In this document: positions 1-9,595 of the stretch, piece after piece
How positions within the stretch are numbered: position 1 is the stretch's first letter
Layout: each line of letters begins with the position of its first letter
Sequence record: MK295205
Direction: 5' to 3' (one strand)
Source of the DNA: Shigella phage vB_SflM_004
DNA length: 64,000 nucleotides
Made by a program: the position numbers and the translations under genes
The notes under the pieces: generated by a model
Database searches by the model: none
What the model was told of the DNA's origin: nothing
What the model saw: only the letters and a program-made list of their open reading frames with translations

Positions 1-32
1 TACTGCTACACTACCAAGTGACAGCAAAATTT

Positions 33-368
33 CTATCCAATATGCTTGCATGACTCACCTCTCATATTCTTGTAAAGGATAAAGCTTCTGTCATGGACGA
101 TACTTGTAGACACTGCAAAGTTACTTTCAAGCATCTGTTTGTTTGGATTGTAGAAGCTCTCTTTAAACTCGTCAAGTGCAAATTGGTGATTGTCTGGAAG
201 ACCTTTTACACAGACCTTTATTGTGATTGCTGCTGCAATCTTACCAGTCAGTTCTTCTTTAGCTGCTACTAAAATTTTGTTAAGGAACTTATGACCATTT
301 TCAGGCTTCTTAATGTTCTCCCAACGCTCTTCTAAGACAATGTTGATATTCATCTCTTTGATTTTCAT
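33..368 (-). CDS. hypothetical protein
   Basis: 111-aa ORF from track; start overlaps stop of upstream ORF (coupled); no recognisable motif. Confidence 0.4.
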   Translation of the reverse strand: MKIKEMNINIVLEERWENIKKPENGHKFLNKILVAAKEELTGKIAAAITIKVCVKGLPDNHQFALDEFKESFYNPNKQMLESNFAVSTSIVHDRSFILYKNMRGESCKHIG

Positions 369-580
369 AATCTGTTAGTGCCTTTGCAGGTTTTACGCCA
401 CTCTCTCCGAAGCTTTCTAATCTGGCGTTTAGTAGGTTTTGCAGGGAACTTATAGTCCATTACAAAGACTTGTCTATCCTCTCTGTAATCTTCTGAAAAC
501 CATAACTGCCAAGATGCTACACAATATCCACCAAAAAATCCAGTGCTATCTGTATAAAATAAATCTGTATTAAATCTCAT
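365..580 (-). CDS. hypothetical protein
   Basis: 71-aa ORF; GGAGAG Shine-Dalgarno-like sequence about 8 nt upstream of ATG. Confidence 0.4.
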   Translation of the reverse strand: MRFNTDLFYTDSTGFFGGYCVASWQLWFSEDYREDRQVFVMDYKFPAKPTKRQIRKLRREWRKTCKGTNRL

Positions 581-591
581 AACACTCTCCA

Positions 592-620
592 GAAATTAAA
601 AAGGCTCCCGTAGGAGCCTC
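592..620 (-). terminator. rho-independent terminator after NAMPT-like gene
   Basis: minus-strand hairpin GAGGCTCC-TACG-GGAGCCTC followed by T-run (plus strand aaaaaggctcccgtaggagcctc). Confidence 0.6.
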
Positions 621-633
621 TTATCATATACTT

Positions 634-2448
634 TTAAAGCTGCTTGTCAATATTATTTCGAATATCACCAAGAGTCGTGTAGCCGAACTGCTCAGAGTCG
701 CTAAAGACTAGACGTAAAGCACAAGCTGGATGCTCAAGTGCATCTGCAAAACTCTGGAATCCATAGCCATCTACAGCTTTCAGGTTCTCACCATCCCACA
801 TAGGGGCTACACCACCAAAAGCAGACTTCTTAATACCACTATCTGTTTTAGGGTCTTTTGCAAGCATAATCTCTTTACCACCAATGCTTGCAAGAGTTGC
901 TTTGACAGCAAATGCAAAGGTGTCACGAGTCATGTACTGGTAAGTGTAAGAACCTACACCAAACACTACGTTAGAACTTGCAAAACCCATTTCATACAAA
1001 CGCTTCAGTATTTCGTTTGCACGTTCCAACGTGATAGAGTCACCATAAATAAGTCCGATATGCTCATCCAGTACTTTAAAACCTTTAGAGTTGATAGTTC
1101 CTCCAAAGATGTTATACAGTGTCTTGATAGCTCCATCAATCTCCGCCACAGGACGTGTTACAACGTTTGCAGAACCAACCATATAAGCGTTTTTCAACAG
1201 CACTGTATCAGCAACTTCAAAGTCTTCTCTGTCAACAACCATTTCGTAGCCTTCTGACAGTAGCCATCCAGCAATACCATAATTGATGTTTTCAAGCTTC
1301 ATGTTCAGAACAGCATTCAACATTGTGTCGCTGGCTTCCAGCTTGCTTAAGTGTTCGTAATAAGCCTTTTTAGCACACTCTAAATGGATTGCTTTGTATC
1401 CTGTGACAATATGTACAGGGTCTCCAGAATCAGGACGAATTACCAGTTTGCCATTGCGTTCCATAATCTCTTTACGGAGTTCTGGTAATATAACTGATAC
1501 AGTTCTCCAGAAGTTATAAGTATCTGAAACAACACTTGCAATACCAGTTGGGTAAGTTTCTGTTAAGAAACGACGGAAGGTTTGTAACTCACCTTTAAAG
1601 CGTCTTTCTTCTAGCAAGTTGTCAGACTGTAACAGATGCCAATCATCAATCAACTCATTACCACCTTCCCAAGCAATGTTTGCACACATTACAGAATGTT
1701 CAGTGGCTGGTACAGAACTACCAATATCAGAAATTGGGTAAGCCTGTCCATAGATGCGTTTAGCCGTGTATACAGCAGGGAAGCTATCAGTTCCTTTAAA
1801 GCTGGTTAAGTGGCCTACAGCGTTAAATGCGTCATCAGTAAAGCCAGACATACCACGCATAGCAAAGTCATGGCACTGATAAGGCAAATGTAAGTCGTTG
1901 TCACAAGTAAGGTCAGACCACTTCTTACAGATGCGTTTGTAGTGCAATGCAATAGTTGCAATGGTACAAGCCTTCCAAATCTCAGCAGAGAAAGCATCTT
2001 CCAGATACCCAGCTACCCAGTGGAAACCTGAAACAGTGTTCTGGAAGACAATCATTGGTACACGCATAGGGACAACTGTGCCTTCTTCTACAGCGTATAC
2101 TTCAACTGGCAGATAACCTAAGTCGTGAAGTGCTTCCCAATGCTCTCGACCAATAGCATCTTTACCCAGAACTCCGTTCATGACTTCTAAGATTTCATCA
2201 ATTGCTTCTTTTTTGTCACGTTCGAAGAAGGTGGCGTTCCAGTGGTCTATCAGGTAATCTTTAACGAAACGTTGAATACCAAAAGCAACTACACCATCAA
2301 TTGCTAAGGGGCTGTTAAACCATTTGTCACTACGTGGTGTCAGGTTCAACATAAGATATTGCGTAGCATCTGGATACTGATATATATGTGATGCCTTGTA
2401 AGCATCTGCATTAAGACCTGCTGGTACTGCGTAAAGTGACTTACTCAT
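634..2448 (-). CDS. nicotinamide phosphoribosyltransferase family protein (NadV/NAMPT-like; possibly Namat-type)
   Basis: 604-aa ORF with NAMPT-family motifs: HDFAMRG, FKGTD, SVPATEHS, VVSDTYN, IRPDSGDP, VFGVGS, AKDPKTDSGIKKSAFGG. Confidence 0.8.
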   Translation of the reverse strand: MSKSLYAVPAGLNADAYKASHIYQYPDATQYLMLNLTPRSDKWFNSPLAIDGVVAFGIQRFVKDYLIDHWNATFFERDKKEAIDEILEVMNGVLGKDAIGREHWEALHDLGYLPVEVYAVEEGTVVPMRVPMIVFQNTVSGFHWVAGYLEDAFSAEIWKACTIATIALHYKRICKKWSDLTCDNDLHLPYQCHDFAMRGMSGFTDDAFNAVGHLTSFKGTDSFPAVYTAKRIYGQAYPISDIGSSVPATEHSVMCANIAWEGGNELIDDWHLLQSDNLLEERRFKGELQTFRRFLTETYPTGIASVVSDTYNFWRTVSVILPELRKEIMERNGKLVIRPDSGDPVHIVTGYKAIHLECAKKAYYEHLSKLEASDTMLNAVLNMKLENINYGIAGWLLSEGYEMVVDREDFEVADTVLLKNAYMVGSANVVTRPVAEIDGAIKTLYNIFGGTINSKGFKVLDEHIGLIYGDSITLERANEILKRLYEMGFASSNVVFGVGSYTYQYMTRDTFAFAVKATLASIGGKEIMLAKDPKTDSGIKKSAFGGVAPMWDGENLKAVDGYGFQSFADALEHPACALRLVFSDSEQFGYTTLGDIRNNIDKQL

Positions 2449-2466
2449 ATTTTATCTCTCTCTCTC

Positions 2467-2958
2467 TTAGTTATGTCTTGCAAACTCACCATGAAGTTCT
2501 ATTCGCTTTTTAATTACAGCTTCTTTTGCTTCTTCTACCGTTTTAAATCTTCCACAAAAGTATTCTTTATGGTAAAGCATGACTCTTGCTTTGTAAAGAC
2601 CTGTTTGTTTACAAAAACTTACACCCTTCACACCAGTTTTATTATTCTTGTATATACCCCTATTCCTCTGATTTTGTGACTTTGTGCTAAGTCTTAAATT
2701 CTCCAACTTATTATTAGATTTATCAAGGTCTATGTGGTCTATCTCATATCCACTTGGTATCTCACCTCCAGACATAATCCATGCAATATTATGTGCATAG
2801 TACCTCTTCTTATTTATCTGGACTTGGATATAACCCTTCTTAGACCTTGTGCCAGCAACATTACCAGCAATAGCGGTATTGCAAAGGGTTACTTTCCAAA
2901 TTAGTAAACCTGTCTCCGGTTCGTATATTAGGTATTTTTCGAAGTAACCCTTATCCAT
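2467..2958 (-). CDS. HNH homing endonuclease with AP2 DNA-binding domain
   Basis: 163 aa; HNH motif (AHNIAW...IDHIDLDKSNNKLENLRL) followed by AP2-like segment (TGVKGVSF...YKARV); sits between two metabolic genes. Confidence 0.7.
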   Translation of the reverse strand: MDKGYFEKYLIYEPETGLLIWKVTLCNTAIAGNVAGTRSKKGYIQVQINKKRYYAHNIAWIMSGGEIPSGYEIDHIDLDKSNNKLENLRLSTKSQNQRNRGIYKNNKTGVKGVSFCKQTGLYKARVMLYHKEYFCGRFKTVEEAKEAVIKKRIELHGEFARHN

Positions 2959-2966
2959 TTTAATAC

Positions 2967-3848
2967 CTAATCCAAATTTGCTACAGTAACTTGACCATAA
3001 TGTGTTAAACCACGGTCTTTATCTTCCCCTAAAGAGTTTGTAGTGTAGATGTGGTCAATACCATTGTCAAGAAGGTTTTCAACACCTTTAGAAAAGATAC
3101 CATGTGTTACATAGAGTTCCACACGTTTTGCACCTGCTTCACGAAGATGTTTAGCTGCTTCTATGAAGGTTCGTCCTCCATCACAAATATCATCCAGAAT
3201 CATGACGGTTTTATCTGTCAAATCAACATCATCAAGGATTCGTATACCAGTAATTTCACCAGTCTTAAGGTTACGTACTTTAGACATTGTGATGTATGGC
3301 TTATCCACCTCTTTAGCAGTCTCTGCAATCTTCTTAGCAGCACCTGCATCTGGGGCTACTAAGTAATCAACCAGTGGGTCATTTGCATAGTGGACTGCAA
3401 TTTCCTTTTGAGGAATACTCTGGAAGCAGTTAAACAGGTTATCTGGTACATAACTGTGAGGGTCAACTGCACAGACTGCACCAAACCCCATTGCATTAAC
3501 CTGTTTAGCAAAAACCTTCAAAGCTGCTGCATCACCTTTAAACATGTGACGGTCATATCGTGCATTTGGTAAGTAGTAAAAAATGACAGTCTTTAAGGCA
3601 TAGTCATGAGGGACTAAATCATCAATTGCTTCTTTAGCAAGTGCCACAGCAAACAATGTGTCCTTATCATAACCTTTCACAATCATAATCACATTGTTGA
3701 TAGATGATGCTGCATAAGCAGTAAAATCAACAAGCTCTTGTGAAAAGTGTCCACCAATCTCACCAGAAGGGAATTGAATGATGTTAAACTCTTCTTCATG
3801 AGTCCCTTTAGTCGGTGAATGAACTGTAACACGGATAGATGTTTTCAT
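2967..3848 (-). CDS. ribose-phosphate pyrophosphokinase family protein (Prs/PRPP synthetase-like; possibly Adps-type)
   Basis: 293 aa; PRPP-binding motif MILDDICDGGRTF, VDPHSY; GAGAGAGA SD-like sequence upstream. Confidence 0.8.
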   Translation of the reverse strand: MKTSIRVTVHSPTKGTHEEEFNIIQFPSGEIGGHFSQELVDFTAYAASSINNVIMIVKGYDKDTLFAVALAKEAIDDLVPHDYALKTVIFYYLPNARYDRHMFKGDAAALKVFAKQVNAMGFGAVCAVDPHSYVPDNLFNCFQSIPQKEIAVHYANDPLVDYLVAPDAGAAKKIAETAKEVDKPYITMSKVRNLKTGEITGIRILDDVDLTDKTVMILDDICDGGRTFIEAAKHLREAGAKRVELYVTHGIFSKGVENLLDNGIDHIYTTNSLGEDKDRGLTHYGQVTVANLD

Positions 3849-3860
3849 AGTTTCTCTCTC

Positions 3861-4139
3861 TCAATCAAAAGTTACGTTTGTTACTGCCATTGCAGATTTG
3901 CATTTTGCAGGGTCTACAACGTGATAAAGTACACTACAGTTACCTGTGCTGTCTGGTACAGGTTTAACCCATTGTTGCTTGACAGTTGGTTCTCCTAAGT
4001 CTTTGTAAGAGCCATCTGTAAAATTGTTTACCATCTCAAGTGCAATTGGTTCTGGGACATGACCACGTATCATGTACATTTCACAACCATTACCACCCTC
4101 ACTGACTAGTGGTAAAATCTCCCACTTTTCTTTAGCCAT
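3861..4139 (-). CDS. hypothetical protein
   Basis: 92-aa ORF in operon context. Confidence 0.4.
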   Translation of the reverse strand: MAKEKWEILPLVSEGGNGCEMYMIRGHVPEPIALEMVNNFTDGSYKDLGEPTVKQQWVKPVPDSTGNCSVLYHVVDPAKCKSAMAVTNVTFD

Positions 4140-4647
4140 TGTAAGTTGCCCTATAAACTGTCTCGAACTTCAACAGGAGAGATATTGCCAAATATGTATA
4201 GTTGTTGTCAAGCACATCTGGCATATTATTTTTGATATATTTCTCTTGCTCTTCATAGGTCATCTTAGGGGTGCTTAAAAGACTATCGCCTTGCCTCTGG
4301 TTATCAAGTTTAGTCTGGATAAACCAGTTTGCACAGTGATGTTCACCACCTTTTGTAACGGGTTTGTGATGACCTAATGTGAAGGATTGATTACCTGTGT
4401 ATCTGCAAAGTTTATTGAGAACTGTAATAGTGTTCTTCACAACAAAACATTCATACAGGTTGTCTATAGTGTAGTGTGGGTAATAGCGGAATAGTGCTCT
4501 TTCACGAGTACTATCACGATTCCAGAGAATCATGTGATTAGAGTTAGAAGGGTCGTATTGGTGGGAGTCGATGAACTCTTGACGTTCCTCAAAGCTGAGT
4601 CTTAGAACTGACATTGCAACCGAACGTTTCAGGTTTGACAGATACAT
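4132..4647 (-). CDS. hypothetical protein
   Basis: 171-aa ORF; no recognised motif. Confidence 0.45.
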   Translation of the reverse strand: MYLSNLKRSVAMSVLRLSFEERQEFIDSHQYDPSNSNHMILWNRDSTRERALFRYYPHYTIDNLYECFVVKNTITVLNKLCRYTGNQSFTLGHHKPVTKGGEHHCANWFIQTKLDNQRQGDSLLSTPKMTYEEQEKYIKNNMPDVLDNNYTYLAISLLLKFETVYRATYNG

Positions 4648-4698
4648 TTTATCTCCAAAATAAAAAGGGAACCTTTACAGTCCCCTTATAGTATCTGT

Positions 4699-5019
4699 TT
4701 ACTGAGCTACTTTCAAGATGCTTGTGAATGAGATTTCACTCTCATCCATAAACTCTTTTGCTTCTCCAGTAACTTTTACAAAGTTATCTAGGCAGATAAT
4801 CTTCTTATCTTTCTTGCTGTAGGTTAACTTAACCTTTTCAATATCTTTCTTAGGGCTTACCTCTTCATTGAAGAGTTTTACAGCCTCTTTGAATGGTAGA
4901 TATGAGCCGTCATTGTCACTGATGAATCCTGTACCACAGTAGTAGTAGTTATACTCTTTAGCCATAAACTGGCACAGTACGAAAATCTGTAATTTACGAG
5001 TGTTATAAACTTTGCTCAT
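4699..5019 (-). CDS. hypothetical protein
   Basis: 106-aa ORF. Confidence 0.4.
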   Translation of the reverse strand: MSKVYNTRKLQIFVLCQFMAKEYNYYYCGTGFISDNDGSYLPFKEAVKLFNEEVSPKKDIEKVKLTYSKKDKKIICLDNFVKVTGEAKEFMDESEISFTSILKVAQ

Positions 5020-5021
5020 GA

Positions 5022-5279
5022 TTATTTAGCCTTCTTGTTACGTTTACGGTTACGAGCTTTCTTAGCTGCCCGTTTAATAGCTGCTGCACCAGTTGGTCGA
5101 TGCGCTTGTTTTTTACCACCTTTGCCACGGCCTACATAGATACTTTTCATAATCTCATTAGCCAGCTTCTCATCCATCTTGAAGTTTTGCATGAGATGAG
5201 TCACATCAACACCAGTGAGCATACCTAGTGATGCCAGTGCTGCTTTTACTTTTGATTTAAAACTGTTCCAGAGTCCCAT
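5022..5279 (-). CDS. hypothetical small basic protein
   Basis: 85-aa ORF, K/R-rich C-terminus; overlaps 3' end of nrdG-like ORF by about 34 nt. Confidence 0.4.
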   Translation of the reverse strand: MGLWNSFKSKVKAALASLGMLTGVDVTHLMQNFKMDEKLANEIMKSIYVGRGKGGKKQAHRPTGAAAIKRAAKKARNRKRNKKAK

Positions 5280-6034
5280 TTCGTATCTCTCTCAATCTTT
5301 TCACAAAATGTTTTAAGTTCTTCTTCAGTGACACCAACAATACTGTCACCGACATTTAAATTTGTCGCGTAAAAGTTTGAGAAATGTGCTTTGTATTTTA
5401 CTTTAAATACTCCGGCGTCCTCAATCTGCTTCAAGGCTGTCATTCCAGTGGAATCAAATAGGCTTTTTGTGTAGTTTCTCCACTCTTCAAGAGTTTCTGG
5501 ATTGACTTTATAGCTACCAAACAGTGACATGTTACAAGCTACCATAACAATCTCACCACGTTTGAATCCACCATTTTCTGCTCGCCATTGACAATCACCT
5601 TGCCACCCATACTCTTTTCTCCAGAGGTTTTGGTTATCAGAACCGCGATAAGGTTTAACTGTTGGTTTAGATGAATCATACTTGCCGTCAATCACCACGT
5701 CAACATATTTCATCACATCTAAGTGAATTTTTTCGTGTAACTGAAAACCTGTCCAAAGCCATATAGACTTCTCTGGGTAAACTGTCTTAATACGTTTGCA
5801 AATGTTGGTGACCTCTCGAATATTTCTATCATCCAGAGGTTCTCCACCAAGTATTGACAATCCACTAACGGCATTATCACCCATTAATTGGATGATTCCA
5901 TAAAGGTTTGCATAAGTAAACTCTTTACCAGCATTAAACTTCCAAGATTCCCTGTTAAAGCAGCCTTCACAGTGGTGCTTACAACCAGCTACAAAGAGGC
6001 TTACACGAACCCCTTCACCATTAGCGTGTGTCAA
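5246..6034 (-). CDS. nrdG: anaerobic ribonucleotide reductase activating protein (NrdG-like) with C-terminal extension
   Basis: radical-SAM type cluster CKHHCEGCFN, GLSILGGEPLD, IWLWTGF, VDVVIDGKYD, RGSDNQ in first ~150 aa; ~110 extra C-terminal residues of unknown function; TTG start in track. Confidence 0.65.
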   Translation of the reverse strand: MTHANGEGVRVSLFVAGCKHHCEGCFNRESWKFNAGKEFTYANLYGIIQLMGDNAVSGLSILGGEPLDDRNIREVTNICKRIKTVYPEKSIWLWTGFQLHEKIHLDVMKYVDVVIDGKYDSSKPTVKPYRGSDNQNLWRKEYGWQGDCQWRAENGGFKRGEIVMVACNMSLFGSYKVNPETLEEWRNYTKSLFDSTGMTALKQIEDAGVFKVKYKAHFSNFYATNLNVGDSIVGVTEEELKTFCEKIERDTKWDSGTVLNQK

Positions 6035-6094
6035 ATGGTCGAATCTCCATGTAATTCATCTAGTTACCTCACCAATATTATTTAATTGTTTTAC

Positions 6095-6490
6095 TCATTC
6101 AAACACTACCTGACAAGGAACCTGTTTAGTAATAAATTCTTCACAGTGTTCTTTAATGAAGTTTTGTAATGGCACACAGTCTTGTGCGCAAGTCATTAGC
6201 ATAATGTACTCTGGATTCATGATATTTTCAAGACTGTAGAAGACAACATCACCAGATAGTTCGTGACCATCTTCTTCAGACCAAGTTCCAGTGACTACAG
6301 CTAATTTGTCAAGCAATTCATTAGGCAATGCTACACCGTCTTCTACGGAGTCACTTAGAACGTTGTCGCTGATGTACAATGTGAAGACCGTGTGGAATGT
6401 TGAGTATCTTACGTGATTCTTTTCGCAAGAGCCACACTCTGAGGCATAATCTTTAATCCACTCTAACTGTTTTTGGTTCAACTTAATCAT
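6095..6490 (-). CDS. hypothetical protein
   Basis: 131-aa ORF, several Cys. Confidence 0.45.
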   Translation of the reverse strand: MIKLNQKQLEWIKDYASECGSCEKNHVRYSTFHTVFTLYISDNVLSDSVEDGVALPNELLDKLAVVTGTWSEEDGHELSGDVVFYSLENIMNPEYIMLMTCAQDCVPLQNFIKEHCEEFITKQVPCQVVFE

Positions 6491-6533
6491 AATTTCACCT
6501 TAGTTGGTAATGCACTGAATGCTATAGCTAACC

Positions 6534-6806
6534 CTAAGAATGGTTTGAAGCATGACCATAAATCCATATTGTTTGGTTGTTATCACAAACATACAGGTAC
6601 TCTGTCCCGATTTGTGGGACGATGATTGTAGTGTTGCCTGATATGACTGTCATATAGTATAGGTAATTTCTACTCTGTGACGTTTGCTGACCATGATATG
6701 AGAAACCCCATTGTGGGTCTGAAAAACCCCACACCATAACACTAGCCCCAAAGAAGAAGACTAGAATATGTAGTATGTATATCAACGTTTTTGGTATTTT
6801 AAACAT
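6534..6806 (-). CDS. hypothetical membrane protein
   Basis: 90 aa with hydrophobic N-terminal segment ILHILVFFFGASVMVWGF. Confidence 0.4.
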   Translation of the reverse strand: MFKIPKTLIYILHILVFFFGASVMVWGFSDPQWGFSYHGQQTSQSRNYLYYMTVISGNTTIIVPQIGTEYLYVCDNNQTIWIYGHASNHS

Positions 6807-6960
6807 TTTAACTTATCTCTCAATTCACAATAAGAGAGTCCTAAAAAGAACCCTAGTAAGACAGAACCTATGAACAATCCAATAATATTCTCTGCCATAT
6901 CTAACATCCAATAAAAAAGGTGATGTAAGCTTATCAAGACCCACATCACCTTGTCAAGTT

Positions 6961-9105
6961 TTACATAGAGATTCTGTCACGAATCTCAGCGATTTTTGCA
7001 TCGTTCATTCGGGATTCACCTTTAATCTTAGTCCATCCAAGATACCCACACACCCTGTTAATCACAGAGATATCATGTGAATGGCAAACCTCACATTCCT
7101 CAACATCAGCCTTTGGTCTGTTACCACAATGCTCACAGATTGCTAAGTCAAAGTTAAGCCCCTGATAAAAACCTTTCAACATCCCTCTTGTAATACAACT
7201 TTTAAGTGCTGGTAAGTTTTCTGGGTTAGCTACTCTTACATACTGGATTCTGCCACCTCTACAGATATGGAAGAATGGCTCTTCTAAGTCCTGCTTCTCA
7301 AATGGTGAGATGTCTGCTGCAACATTCATATGGAAACTGTTTGTAAAGTATTCTTTGTCAGAAACACCTTTAATAACACCAAACATATCTCTGAACTGTT
7401 TTAACTGAGTTCCACAAAGTGATTCTGCTGGAGTGCCATAGACTGCATATAAGAAACCATCTTCATTTTTAAACTCTTCAGTCTTCATGTTGATGTATGC
7501 CAGAACATCGTATGCAAAACTATAGCTTCCAACTTCATGAAGTCGTTTACCTTCAGCAAGAACAGATAACTCATCAAGTGCAGTAACCCCAAAAGAAGCT
7601 GTGAAGGACTTCACGATATCCCAACCAACCTTATCAGTAGGTTTCTTAGTGCCTTTGTACAGACCGCCTTGTGTGAATGCAAGAGGGTTAGAACTTGCTG
7701 GCATATTAGCAATCATTTCGTAGCGTTTCTTGTGGAAGCTGCGAATCATCTCTAGGTACTTATCAAGCTCTTTCCAGAAGTCTAAACCATTCTCTTTAGA
7801 ATACTGGTAAATCATTGGCAAGTTCAAAGATACAGCACCAATGTTAGCACGACCAACATAGAACTCTTCCCCATCCTCATTAAGATATGGAGATAAGAAG
7901 GCTCTGCAACCCATCGGTGAAATCACCTTGCCAGAACGCTCAAAAGCCTCTGCTACAGCACCGTGACCAGATACACTTAAGAAATCTGGATACATTGCTT
8001 TAGAGCAACACTCAATAGCTTTACTGTACAGGTGACCTTGACAGATATTTTCATCATGTCTCTTCTGGTCATAGATATAAACCAGTTTAGGGAATACAAC
8101 AGGTTTTTTGCTCTTACCTTGTCCATTCATACGAACATCTAAGAGAGTACTTGCAATCATGTATTGTAGTCGGTTGTCTTCATTAGACATATCTGAGTCA
8201 AGTAGTCCGAATGTCAAAGTTGTGAATGCAAAATCACCACGGCTGCAAGGTACAGTGTTCAGTTTCATTTCAAGTGACTGAAAACCTTGAGTTAATTCAA
8301 TCTGTAGCTGCTCCATGACATAATTATGGTAATGTTCTTTAGGAATACCATAAGATGCTGCTTTCTCAGCATGGTAGCGTAGAGACTTCTTAGCATACGG
8401 TACAAGTACCTTATCAATCTCTGCTAAAGTAAAGCCGCCAAATTGCTGTGCAGTTGCTGAAAGAACTACATCACCAATAACCTGTAAGGCTGACAGTACA
8501 GACTTCGGTTCACAGTATTCGATGCCAGACATTTCAAAGCCACCTTTCAGTACTTTACCAATGTCAAACAGACAACAGTTGATACCACCAAAAATTAGGT
8601 CTCTTAAGTCATGGATGTAGATAAACCCTTTTTCAATGGCTTCAAGTTCCTCTGGTGTTAAATGGTACTGTTTAAAGATTTCTTTAGTCAGATAACCACG
8701 AATAATTGAGCCTTTTGTGGAAATTAAACTGCTGTCAAAGTTAGCATTTTCACGGTCACCTAAGAAGAGTGTGTCTCTAGTCTTTTGGTAAAGCTCATCC
8801 CAATTTTGAGCAACCTCTTTACGGTAATTTCTATATGTTGAGTAAGACTCATAAATCTCGTGATTGACTTCTGCCAAAGCACCCTCAACAATACTGTGAA
8901 TATCATTTACCGAGATTAGCAAATTATTCTGCTTAGTGGACTTTACCAGAATCCTCATAAATGCTGACTCAAGAGCTTGGGTAACATCTGGTGGAAGTTC
9001 TTTATACCCAACCCTGTTAGCTGACTTAGTTACTGCTGCTAAAACTTTTTTGATATCAGGTTCTTCAAGTGAGCCATTCTTTTTAATAATCTGTACTTTG
9101 TTCAT
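6961..9105 (-). CDS. nrdD: anaerobic ribonucleoside-triphosphate reductase NrdD
   Basis: 714 aa; C-terminal glycyl-radical motif RVCGYLG and Zn-ribbon CEHCGN...CEVCHSHD; N-terminal ATP-cone-like segment. Confidence 0.85.
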   Translation of the reverse strand: MNKVQIIKKNGSLEEPDIKKVLAAVTKSANRVGYKELPPDVTQALESAFMRILVKSTKQNNLLISVNDIHSIVEGALAEVNHEIYESYSTYRNYRKEVAQNWDELYQKTRDTLFLGDRENANFDSSLISTKGSIIRGYLTKEIFKQYHLTPEELEAIEKGFIYIHDLRDLIFGGINCCLFDIGKVLKGGFEMSGIEYCEPKSVLSALQVIGDVVLSATAQQFGGFTLAEIDKVLVPYAKKSLRYHAEKAASYGIPKEHYHNYVMEQLQIELTQGFQSLEMKLNTVPCSRGDFAFTTLTFGLLDSDMSNEDNRLQYMIASTLLDVRMNGQGKSKKPVVFPKLVYIYDQKRHDENICQGHLYSKAIECCSKAMYPDFLSVSGHGAVAEAFERSGKVISPMGCRAFLSPYLNEDGEEFYVGRANIGAVSLNLPMIYQYSKENGLDFWKELDKYLEMIRSFHKKRYEMIANMPASSNPLAFTQGGLYKGTKKPTDKVGWDIVKSFTASFGVTALDELSVLAEGKRLHEVGSYSFAYDVLAYINMKTEEFKNEDGFLYAVYGTPAESLCGTQLKQFRDMFGVIKGVSDKEYFTNSFHMNVAADISPFEKQDLEEPFFHICRGGRIQYVRVANPENLPALKSCITRGMLKGFYQGLNFDLAICEHCGNRPKADVEECEVCHSHDISVINRVCGYLGWTKIKGESRMNDAKIAEIRDRISM

Positions 9106-9123
9106 TATTGCCCCTTTACATGC

Positions 9124-9148
9124 TAAAAAGGTCTCCGAAGAGACCCTT
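9124..9148 (-). terminator. rho-independent terminator
   Basis: hairpin GGTCTC-TTCG-GAGACC flanked by A/T runs between 9154 ORF and nrdD start. Confidence 0.55.
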
Positions 9149-9153
9149 TCATT

Positions 9154-9360
9154 TTAAATCTTTTTAGAAAACTTTGAAACGAGTTTTCTTAGTTTTTCAG
9201 TGATGCCTAGCTGTATCTCTAATATTTCAAAGATAACCCATAGTAACATGGCTCCAAACAATGAACCTTGTTCAAAATCAGTAAATAGGTTAACAATGAG
9301 CATACCAATCACAATGGCTGGTGCATCAACAACCAAGCCTTCCCAAAGGCGTTTAAGCAT
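9154..9360 (-). CDS. small hydrophobic protein
   Basis: 68 aa, mostly hydrophobic (LVVDAPAIVIGMLIVNLF). Confidence 0.4.
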   Translation of the reverse strand: MLKRLWEGLVVDAPAIVIGMLIVNLFTDFEQGSLFGAMLLWVIFEILEIQLGITEKLRKLVSKFSKKI

Positions 9361-9595
9361 TATTCACCTCTGCCATAAAATTCTGTAGCGTTCCAACAGG
9401 TTTTAGATTTTGACCATCAGTTTTCATGATGAATGGCATCTGACGAACTGGCATCTGTGCAATATCCATCAGGTCTGACAGTTCATAGTCCTGCCCTAAC
9501 ATTCTCACAACATGGTCAATACCACGAGCTTTTGCAAAATTCTTTGCAGTCTCACACTGAGGGCATCCAGTTTTGGAGTAAATTACATAAGTCAT
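9353..9595 (-). CDS. glutaredoxin/NrdH-like redoxin
   Basis: 80 aa with CPQC active-site motif near N-terminus, immediately upstream of nrdB/nrdA. Confidence 0.7.
   Translation of the reverse strand: MTYVIYSKTGCPQCETAKNFAKARGIDHVVRMLGQDYELSDLMDIAQMPVRQMPFIMKTDGQNLKPVGTLQNFMAEVNNA

Noticed and set aside
730-1257. 175-aa plus-strand ORF (and similar antisense ORFs at 1815-1997, 3051-3362, 8936-9157, 10391-10603, 11393-12236, 23041-23931, 24787-25182)
   Set aside because: Entirely antisense to, or out of frame within, long genes with clear enzyme motifs; no SD or start context.
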